A stretch of DNA of 64,000 nucleotides. Origin: an uncultured Verrucomicrobiae bacterium. Lineage in GTDB: Bacteria > Verrucomicrobiota > Verrucomicrobiia > Limisphaerales > Palsa-1400. This document shows positions 1 through 7,409 of this stretch, one piece after another (positions within the stretch are counted from its first letter, which is position 1; each line of letters begins with the position of its first letter). A model generated the notes under the pieces. The model was not told the DNA's origin and did not search any database. It saw only the letters and a list, made by a program, of their open reading frames with translations. The translations under genes were made by a program, and so were the position numbers. The stretch lies in NCBI GenBank assembly GCA_963764165.1, contig CAVXRD010000002.1, forward strand, positions 384,001 through 448,000, in the 5' to 3' direction.

Positions 1-2
1 TG

Positions 3-779
3 ACTGGCGCGACCGGCTCCGGCAAATCAACCACCCTCGCGGCGGTGCTGAACGAAATCAACACCAACAAAGCCGTCCACATCATTACGCTTGAAGATCC
101 CGTCGAATTTGTGCATCCGCACAAAAAGGGCACTTTCAACCAGCGGGAAATGGGCGGCGACTTCAGCAACTTTGCCGCGGGCTTGCGGGCGGCGTTGCGC
201 CAGGCGCCAAAGGTCGTGCTGGTCGGCGAAATGCGCGACCGTGAAACAGTGGAAATCGGATTGAGCGCGGCGGAAACCGGACACTTGGTCTTGAGCACGC
301 TGCACACCATTGACGCGGGGCAGACGATCAACCGCATTCTCGGCATGTTCGAGACGGAGGAACAGGAGCAGGTGCGCGTGCGCCTGGCGGACACCTTGCG
401 CTGGGTCATCAGCCAGCGCCTTGCCCCTCGCGTCAACGGCGGGCGCCATGCGCTGCTGGAAATCATGGGATCAAATTTGCGGACGCGCGAAACAATCATC
501 CATGGCGAGAGCGAGGGAAAGAGCTTTTACGAGATCATCGAGGCCAATCACACTTTCGGCTGGCGCACCTTTGACAGCGCGTGCCTGGAAGCCTACGAAC
601 ACGGAGTCATAACGGAAGAAACCGCGATGGTTTATTGCAGCAAGCGCGGGGCGCTCTCGCGCAACATCGACAAGGTCAAGAAGGCCCGCGGCGAGGTCAC
701 CCCCAGCACGGATTTGAAGATGAAAGAGCCAGGCCGCCCGACGGCGCCGAATTTTCCGAGCACGTTCAAATTGAAATAG
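3..779 (+). CDS. pilT: PilT/PilU-family type IV pilus ATPase (5' partial)
   Basis: Frame open from nt 3. Walker A GATGSGKST, TLEDPVE, Walker B VVLVGEMRD, His box LSTLHT. The AIRNLIRE motif is degenerate, so the paralog identity is uncertain. Confidence 0.85.
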   Translation, partial: TGATGSGKSTTLAAVLNEINTNKAVHIITLEDPVEFVHPHKKGTFNQREMGGDFSNFAAGLRAALRQAPKVVLVGEMRDRETVEIGLSAAETGHLVLSTLHTIDAGQTINRILGMFETEEQEQVRVRLADTLRWVISQRLAPRVNGGRHALLEIMGSNLRTRETIIHGESEGKSFYEIIEANHTFGWRTFDSACLEAYEHGVITEETAMVYCSKRGALSRNIDKVKKARGEVTPSTDLKMKEPGRPTAPNFPSTFKLK

Positions 780-783
780 TTTT

Positions 784-1245
784 ATGGAAGATTTTGATAT
801 CATCGGCCCGAATGATGAACCGGCGCTGGTCGCCGTCAGCACGCCTGAAGTAATTGCCATTGTCAAACCCGCCCTGGCTGAGATTGGCTACAAGGTTCAC
901 ATGGCCGAGCACTTCGAGCAATTCGAGACTCGTTACAGCCAGATCAATTATCGCGTCGTTGTCATAGAGGAATTTTTCGCGGGTTCCGATTCGCTGGTGA
1001 ATCCCACCCTGCAAATGGTGCAGGATTTGCCGATGCCGCTGCGCCGGCACGCCGTCTTCTTTCTAATTGGGCAAACGATGGAAACACTCAATGCGCTTCA
1101 AGCCTTCGCGGCCAGCGTGCATTGCATGATCAATTACGCGGAGTTGCATATGTTCCCCGACCTCGTCCGCAAAACGGTGACGGAAAATGACATGTTCCTC
1201 ACCACCTACCGCGACACGCAGCGCCGCGTGTATCAGAAGGCGTAA
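784..1245 (+). CDS. hypothetical protein (receiver-like alpha/beta pattern)
   Basis: 153-aa ORF with ATG start, 4 nt after the pilT stop and 13 nt before tlyA. Confidence 0.7.
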   Translation: MEDFDIIGPNDEPALVAVSTPEVIAIVKPALAEIGYKVHMAEHFEQFETRYSQINYRVVVIEEFFAGSDSLVNPTLQMVQDLPMPLRRHAVFFLIGQTMETLNALQAFAASVHCMINYAELHMFPDLVRKTVTENDMFLTTYRDTQRRVYQKA

Positions 1246-1258
1246 TTGACAGCGCGCC

Positions 1259-2008
1259 ATGCCACGACCACGGCTGGACCAGGCGCTCGTTGAGCGCGGG
1301 CTTTGCCCGACGCGCGAAAAAGCCAAGCGCGCCATCCTTGCTGGCAAAGTGCGCGTCGGCGGTCAAATCGCCTCCAAGCCGGGCGATCTCGTGCAGCCCG
1401 ACGCGGCCATCTCCCTCGAGGAACCGGAAAAATTTGTCAGCCGCGGCGGATATAAATTGGAGCATGGGCTAATTCATTTCGGCCTCAAGCCGGAGGGTTT
1501 GACCGCGCTGGATCTCGGCGCGTCCACAGGCGGATTCACGGATTGCCTGCTCCAGCACGGCGCAATGCGCGTTTACGCGATTGATGTCGGCAAGGGCCAG
1601 CTTGCGTGGAAACTTCGCACGGACGCGCGGGTGGTTGTCATGGAACAGTTGAACGCCCGCCACCTCACGCGCCGGGATTTTCCGCCGGAATTCGCGGGGG
1701 CGGATTTGATCGTGGCGGACTGCTCGTTTATTTCACTGCAAAAAATTCTTCCGCCCGCCGTTGCATTGCTGGGCGAATCCGGTAAAATCCTTGCCCTGGT
1801 GAAACCCCAATTTGAAGCTGGCAAAGCGGAAGCCGGACGCGGCAAGGGCGTCATCCGTGATCCGGCCATCCACGCTCGCGTGCTGGATGAATTGAAAACT
1901 TTCGCCACCGGGGCGGCGCGATTGCGCTGGGTGGGCGAGACGGCTTCGCCTCTCCTGGGCCCGGCGGGCAACAAGGAATTCTTGGTTTTGCTTGAAAAAG
2001 AACGCTGA
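1259..2008 (+). CDS. tlyA: TlyA-family rRNA 2'-O-methyltransferase
   Basis: S4 domain RLDQALVERGL, FVSRGGYKL, LDLGASTGGFTD, LVKPQFE, GNKEFL. Confidence 0.95.
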   Translation: MPRPRLDQALVERGLCPTREKAKRAILAGKVRVGGQIASKPGDLVQPDAAISLEEPEKFVSRGGYKLEHGLIHFGLKPEGLTALDLGASTGGFTDCLLQHGAMRVYAIDVGKGQLAWKLRTDARVVVMEQLNARHLTRRDFPPEFAGADLIVADCSFISLQKILPPAVALLGESGKILALVKPQFEAGKAEAGRGKGVIRDPAIHARVLDELKTFATGAARLRWVGETASPLLGPAGNKEFLVLLEKER

Positions 2009-2876
2009 CAAATTGCGCCGCGTCGGACTGCTGGCCAACTTCGAGAAACCCTCCACCCGCGATGTTGTGCGCGAAGCCGCGGAAATCGTGAAGGCGGCGG
2101 GCCGCACGCTCGTGGCCGAATTGCAGACCGCGCATCACGTCGGTTTGAAGTGCGAGACCTTCGCCGACGCGGCATCGCTGGCGCGGCACACGGATTTGCT
2201 CCTGGTCTTCGGCGGCGATGGCACGATGCTCGGCGCAATTCGCGACACGTTCGGCTCGGCCACGCCGATTCTCGGCATCAACACCGGGCGTCTTGGTTTC
2301 CTGACCATCCTCTCTTCCAAAGATCTCGCCGAGGGGCTCGCGAAAGTTTGGGACGGCGACTTCGTTCTCGAATCGCGCGCGTTGCTTCAGGCCACCGGGC
2401 GCTGCCAGGGCGATCCAATCAATATGTCCGCCTTGAACGACATTGTCATCAGCCACGGCGCGGTTTCGCGGTTGATTGAATTGCATGTCTTTGTCAACAA
2501 CAAGGAACTGACTTGTTATCGTGGCGACGGATTGATTGTCAGTTCCCCAACTGGCTCGACCGCCTACTCGCTTTCGGCCGGCGGGCCGATCATCAGCCCG
2601 GGCGCGGAGGTGATTGCGATCACGCCGATTTGCGCTCACGCTCTTTCCAACCGCGCGGTGGTCATTCCGCTGAATTCGGTTGTCAAGGTGAAATTGCTGA
2701 GCAAGGACATGGAGACGATCATTGCCGCCGACGGGCAAATTCAGGCGAATCTTGGCGCCGGGGACGTGATCACAATCCAGCGCAGCAAGCGGCAGGCGAA
2801 ATTGCTGCACCCGGGAGAAACATCGTTTTTTGAAACCGTGCGCCACAAGCTCCATTGGCGCGGATCGTCGGTTTGA
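1992..2876 (+). CDS. nadK: NAD(+) kinase
   Basis: GGDGTML, GINTGRLGFL, LND, DGLIVSSPTGSTAYSLSAGGP; TTG start overlapping tlyA. Confidence 0.95.
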   Translation: MKKNADKLRRVGLLANFEKPSTRDVVREAAEIVKAAGRTLVAELQTAHHVGLKCETFADAASLARHTDLLLVFGGDGTMLGAIRDTFGSATPILGINTGRLGFLTILSSKDLAEGLAKVWDGDFVLESRALLQATGRCQGDPINMSALNDIVISHGAVSRLIELHVFVNNKELTCYRGDGLIVSSPTGSTAYSLSAGGPIISPGAEVIAITPICAHALSNRAVVIPLNSVVKVKLLSKDMETIIAADGQIQANLGAGDVITIQRSKRQAKLLHPGETSFFETVRHKLHWRGSSV

Positions 2877-2899
2877 CCGCTCGTTAAGAAAGGAGACAC

Positions 2900-3916
2900 A
2901 TGGTTCGACTCAAAGACATTGCGGCGCAGGCCGGTATTTCCATCATGACCGTTTCCAAGGCGATGGGCGAGGCAACGGATGTCTCGCCCCAAACCCGCGC
3001 GCGGGTGCGCTTGCTCGCGCAGCAAATGGGCTATGTGCCGAATTCCATGGCGCAGGGCCTTCGCAATCGCAAGACGCGCCTGCTCGGGCTTGTGCTGTCC
3101 ACCGTGGCCAACCCGATTTTTGCGCGCACGATTTCGGCCATCGAGCAAGGCGCGTTCGAGTGGGGTTACGAATTGATATTGACGCATACGCTCAACGATC
3201 TGGAACGGGAGGAAGCGTGCATCCGCCGCCTGCTGGCCCGCCGGGTGGAAGGCATGTTTGTGTTTCCGATTTACCGCCTCGCGCCCACGTCGGAGATTTA
3301 TAACATTCTGCAATTGCGCCAGACGCCGACGGTCGTTCTTGGCCACAGCGCACCGTTTTGTTCGGCCTTCCACAACGTCGAGTGCGAGGACCTTAACGGA
3401 AGTTACCAAATGACGCGGCATTTGCTGGAGATCGGCCATCGCAGCATTGCGTTCTTCGGCGGCCCCACTGGCGCGCCTTGGGCGGTGGATCGTTTGGAGG
3501 GCTACCGGCGGGCGCTGCGCGACCATCAAATCGAGCCTGACGACCGCTTGATTTTCACCGCCGGCGCGGGGATGGAGGACGGCGAAAAAACCGCGCTGCA
3601 AATGCTGAACGAATCCGTTTCCGTGACGGCAGTTCAAGCTGTCAACGATTTGGTGGCGATGGGCGCGGCGAATGTCTTCCTCAACCAGGGTTTGAAAATT
3701 CCAGCGGATCTTTCGGTTTGCGGCTTTGGGAATTTATTGATGAGCGAGCATTTCCGCGTGCCGCTGACGACGATGCGCCAGCCCAAGCTGCGGCTCGGTG
3801 TGGCCGCCATGGAAATGATGCAGAAACTTCTGCGCAATGAACGGGTCGAGTCCCGCCGAATCACCGCCGACTTGATCGCCCGCGCCAGCACGGCTCCGCC
3901 GAGAACTCAGCCGTGA
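2900..3916 (+). CDS. LacI-family transcriptional regulator
   Basis: N-terminal HTH LKDIAAQAGISIMTVSKA, hinge YVPNSMAQGL, C-terminal PLTTMRQP; AAGGAG RBS. Confidence 0.93.
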   Translation: MVRLKDIAAQAGISIMTVSKAMGEATDVSPQTRARVRLLAQQMGYVPNSMAQGLRNRKTRLLGLVLSTVANPIFARTISAIEQGAFEWGYELILTHTLNDLEREEACIRRLLARRVEGMFVFPIYRLAPTSEIYNILQLRQTPTVVLGHSAPFCSAFHNVECEDLNGSYQMTRHLLEIGHRSIAFFGGPTGAPWAVDRLEGYRRALRDHQIEPDDRLIFTAGAGMEDGEKTALQMLNESVSVTAVQAVNDLVAMGAANVFLNQGLKIPADLSVCGFGNLLMSEHFRVPLTTMRQPKLRLGVAAMEMMQKLLRNERVESRRITADLIARASTAPPRTQP

Positions 3917-3933
3917 CAATTCATTTGAGAAAA

Positions 3934-4081
3934 GGGAGCGCGACAGTCTCGGTCGCCGCCAATCGGCGTCTCGCCGACTGGCCCGTTCCGGAACAAGTTC
4001 AGGTCAGTATTTAGTGAGCTTCGTGAACGCCAATGCCTTCGGCGGGACGCCGAAGGCAGCGGTCGAGACGACCGCGCTCCC
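3934..4081. repeat. REP-like inverted-repeat doublet between convergent genes
   Basis: GGGAGCGCGACAGTCTCGGTCGC ... GCGGTCGAGACGACCGCGCTCCC (imperfect inverted arms), with internal hairpins TCGGCGTCTCGCCGA and TTCGGCGGGACGCCGAA. Confidence 0.7.
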
Positions 4082-4098
4082 AATTCAACTGCATCGCA

Positions 4099-4950
4099 TC
4101 ACGCGTAGAGCGCCGCCTGCACATCGCGCACGACGACGCTCATGTAGGGATAACGCTCCTCCATGTCCGCATCGAGGCACTTCAATATGACTTTTTCCAT
4201 CGCGGCGGGAATGTCGGGATTCAATTCACGCGGTGGGATCAATTCGAGATTCAATTGCTTGCGCAAGATTTCGTCCGGCGTGTCGCCGGGGAATGGTTTG
4301 GCGAACGTCAAAAGCTCGTAGGCCGTGGCGCCAAAGGCGAAGATATCCGCGCGCTGGTCGATGGCTTCATGCTGCAAATGCTCGGGCGCCATGTAAGCGG
4401 GCGTGCCGGGATTGCCGGACATCTTTTTGGGTTTCTCCGGCTTCGGCTGGGCGAGATCGAAATCCACGAGCCGCAGCTTGGCGTTGCGCGTGACAAGAAT
4501 ATTTTCCGGCTTGAAATCCAGATGGATGAATCCGCTGTCATGCACCTGCTCCAACCCCAGCGCCATGTCGATGATGAGCTGCGCCGCATTTTCACCCAGC
4601 ACTTCATCCGAGCGCGCCATGCGCAGTTTCAGATTCGCGCCCTCGACATATTCCATCAGCAAATACGGCTGGCCCTCGATTTTCCCGTGCTCGAAATAAT
4701 TGACGACGTATTCGTTGTGATGAATTTTGGAAAGCACCTCGCAGCCGTTGTAGAAGCGCTTGCGGTCGGTGAAATTGAACAGCGAATTGTCAATCATCCG
4801 GCGCAAGGCAAAGTGCTGCCGTTGGGCGTCGGTGGCCAGCCAGATTTCGGATAGCCCGCCCTTGTTGATCAATTCATCAAGATGAAAGCGCCCAAAGCGC
4901 CCCGGCTGGGGCTCTGGCGCATCATCTCGATCTGATTTCCCAATTGCCAT
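4099..4950 (-). CDS. Hanks-type Ser/Thr protein kinase domain protein (atypical)
   Basis: HLDFKPENIL, GTPAYMAPE, DIFAFG, LMEYVEG; start placed at MAIGK (4950). Confidence 0.88.
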   Translation of the reverse strand: MAIGKSDRDDAPEPQPGRFGRFHLDELINKGGLSEIWLATDAQRQHFALRRMIDNSLFNFTDRKRFYNGCEVLSKIHHNEYVVNYFEHGKIEGQPYLLMEYVEGANLKLRMARSDEVLGENAAQLIIDMALGLEQVHDSGFIHLDFKPENILVTRNAKLRLVDFDLAQPKPEKPKKMSGNPGTPAYMAPEHLQHEAIDQRADIFAFGATAYELLTFAKPFPGDTPDEILRKQLNLELIPPRELNPDIPAAMEKVILKCLDADMEERYPYMSVVVRDVQAALYA

Positions 4951-5194
4951 AAAATGGGTGGCATTATGCCACAACACGCGCAAATCACATGCGAAAATTG
5001 AATTTTTGGCAAGGCTTCTTGAGTCGGAAAGGGGAGAAATTTTCAACAAGCCGGAAGCGCAACCTGCGCAAGCCAATCTTGCAGGTACAGCTCAAACGCA
5101 ATACGATCGTCGCCAATGGCAATCGTGGCTACACCTGATGGCAGAGGGCGAAACACCCGCTTGGTGGCAGTTGTCAGTGTTCCTCTTGGGAATT

Positions 5195-6228
5195 ATGAGC
5201 CTTGAACCTTCATTTCGCTCCCTATTTAGACGCAGCCGTTTTGCGCGCGCGGAAGAAGACGAGGCTTCGGGACAGCTGCAGAATCAAAAGGAGATGTTTG
5301 CCGTGGCAGCCGTTGCTTTCACCCTCAAGTACGACGAAAAATTTCGAAAATACTTCTTTCGCGAGATTTGCGGATTCGAAGAATCTGTGAAACAACCCGG
5401 TGCAATAATCGAGGTTCAAGCTCACCACCACTCCGACTTGGTGATCAAACAGAAGCCGAGTTCGTTGTCCGTTATCGAGTTTAAGATAGGCGCGAAGCTG
5501 AGGACAAACAGAACCCAAAACACAAAGAGGCATTCTTCGCGAACGGTGGTTACGGAAATCAGATCGTCCGAGAGTATGTTGGGTTTGCCCGAAAACGCTA
5601 CGTCGTGTTAAGCAATTCTGTAAAATTTGACTCGGGAGAATGTGTCGGCTTGTTATACGCCTCACGAACATGGAGGGATCTTATTGGTGACAGTGAAAGC
5701 GCGGGCGGATTGTGGGCCGACCTCTGCAATTCGCTTGGCGAACTCGGCGTGAACGCCTTCCGTTTTCACAAATTTAAAGATATGAAAAACGCACAATACA
5801 CGAGATACGCAGTGGAGATGCACGAAACACTGTCGGACGTCGCATCGGACTTAAAACTCCGCAACAGCGGCGAGAGCATTAAAGAGGAAGGAGACAGTGC
5901 TTGGTACGGGCGCTATATTCCCGCGAGACTTGCCAAATTCAAGCGGTTGGAATCCCTCGTGAAACCAAAACAGCAACGACTCGGCTGGTTTGGATTCCAG
6001 TGTGGGCCAAGCACAGGCGAGAGGGCATTCAGTTTTTTCTGCAGTTCTAAAGAGTCAGCAAAAGAGACGTTTGCTTTTATCGAAAAGTGCGTTCGCAATG
6101 GTCCAGCGGGGGAAACTGTCATTGATGACAGTGAAAACGCCGTCTACTTCCAAGATGGCAAATCTGAAACTGCGACTGGTGATAGAGCTTGGTTTGGAAG
6201 CGTCTTCGAGGCCGTAAAAGACAAATGA
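5195..6228 (+). pseudogene. PD-(D/E)XK nuclease-like gene split by a 1-nt frameshift near 5500
   Basis: SDLVI...IEFKIGAKL in one frame continues as EDKQNP... in the -1 frame, which is open from 5485 to 6228. Confidence 0.6.
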
Positions 6229-6264
6229 ACAACCGCTTTCTCCGCCAAAAAATCGCCGCTCCTC

Positions 6265-6363
6265 GATGCCGAAGGCATCCCAGCTTGTAGCCGGTGGTTG
6301 AGCGCCAGCGATACCACCGGATAACGCATTTAATAACCCATGCACTCCGGCAGGAGTGCCAGC
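6265..6363 (-). repeat. REP-like element, family A, copy 1
   Basis: Reverse complement of copies 2 and 3; core AGCTTGTAGCCGGTGGTTGAGCG..GATACCACCGGA. Confidence 0.85.
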
Positions 6364-6374
6364 CATCCGCAAAC

Positions 6375-6821
6375 ATGCCATCAACCCATACACATCTTCT
6401 GTATCACCTGATCTTCGCCACCAAAAATCGGCAACCGTTGATCGCAGATGCCTGGCGCGCACGGTTGCATGAATACTTGGGCGGCACAGTTGCCGGATTG
6501 GGTGGGACACCGCAGGGCGTTGGCGGCGTCGCTGATCATGTCCATGCCTTGGTGGCGTTAAAGCCAACGCATTGCCTTTCGGATTTCATGCGTGAATTAA
6601 AGAGATGTTCGTCGCTATGGGTTGCGGAAGAAATCGGCGTTAAAGGGTTTGCGTGGCAGGAGGGTTACGCGGCCTTCACCGTTAGCGCATCGGCGAGCGA
6701 AGCGGTGCAAACGTACATCCGCACACAGGAGGAACATCACCGGCGGAAAACATTCCGCGAAGAATTGGTGGAGTTCTTGGAAAAATCTGGCGTGAAATAT
6801 GACGCTCGGTATCTCGATTGA
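6375..6821 (+). CDS. tnpA: IS200/IS605-type HUH (Y1) transposase, REP-associated (RAYT-like)
   Basis: YHLIFATKNR, HUH motif DHVH, WQEGY, catalytic YIRTQ; no tnpB; flanked by inverted family A repeats. Confidence 0.9.
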   Translation: MPSTHTHLLYHLIFATKNRQPLIADAWRARLHEYLGGTVAGLGGTPQGVGGVADHVHALVALKPTHCLSDFMRELKRCSSLWVAEEIGVKGFAWQEGYAAFTVSASASEAVQTYIRTQEEHHRRKTFREELVEFLEKSGVKYDARYLD

Positions 6822-6921
6822 GCTGGCACCGCTCTCAGGGTGCGGAAAATTTAAAACATTCGGATCCGGTGGTATCACTTACGCTCAACCACCGGCTACA
6901 AGCTAACATCCCTCCGGGATG
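6822..6921 (+). repeat. REP-like element, family A, copy 2
   Basis: GCTGGCACC...TCCGGTGGTATC..CGCTCAACCACCGGCTACAAGCTAACATCCCTCCGGGATG. Confidence 0.85.
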
Positions 6922-6988
6922 GGGCGCAATTGCACTCCAGCCAAATCGGACTGCTGTTAAACTAGTCTAAATCGTGTAGGATAAAATT

Positions 6989-7189
6989 ATGGCGAACGTT
7001 CCTAAATCGGCAGCAAAGGTTAAATTCGGTAAACGCCTCGCCACTGAAGTTGAGCGAAGTCTCGCCGACATTAGACGCGCAGCAGAGGGTTTGGAAGCGC
7101 TCCAAAATGAAATTGCCGAATCGCCCAACGGGAAAAAATCGTTTTCTTGGAAAGATTTTAAATCGGCGGTTGAAGAAGGACGCAAGTGA
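6989..7189 (+). CDS. small protein, possible antitoxin
   Basis: 66-aa helical ORF with ATG start, ending AVEEGRK. Confidence 0.45.
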   Translation: MANVPKSAAKVKFGKRLATEVERSLADIRRAAEGLEALQNEIAESPNGKKSFSWKDFKSAVEEGRK

Positions 7190-7230
7190 GGGCACGTTTC
7201 ATTGGCGTATCTTCTGCCCAGTCGCAAGGT

Positions 7231-7329
7231 GCTGGCACCACTTTCAGGGTGCAGGAAATTTGAGGCGTCGGGTCCGGTGGTATCGCTGACGCTCAACCAC
7301 CGGCTACAAGCTAACATCCCTCCGGGATG
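7231..7329 (+). repeat. REP-like element, family A, copy 3
   Basis: Direct repeat of 6822-6921 with identical 3' part ACGCTCAACCACCGGCTACAAGCTAACATCCCTCCGGGATG. Confidence 0.85.
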
Positions 7330-7409
7330 TTCTGCCACGCAGTTTCCGCGCACCAGCGCAAGTGAGCGACATCCTCGAACCATCTGACCTATAATTCCCA
7401 TTCTTCCCA

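Noticed and set aside
5125..5180. Hammerhead-ribozyme-like string CTGATG..CGAAACACC..GGTG
   Set aside because: The core reads CTGATGG rather than CTGANGA, stem II barely pairs and the NUH cleavage triplet is absent. An Infernal search against hammerhead models would settle it.
4958..5194. N-terminal extension of ORF 4958-5611
   Set aside because: It covers the divergent promoter region of the kinase gene; ATG 5195 gives a more plausible start.
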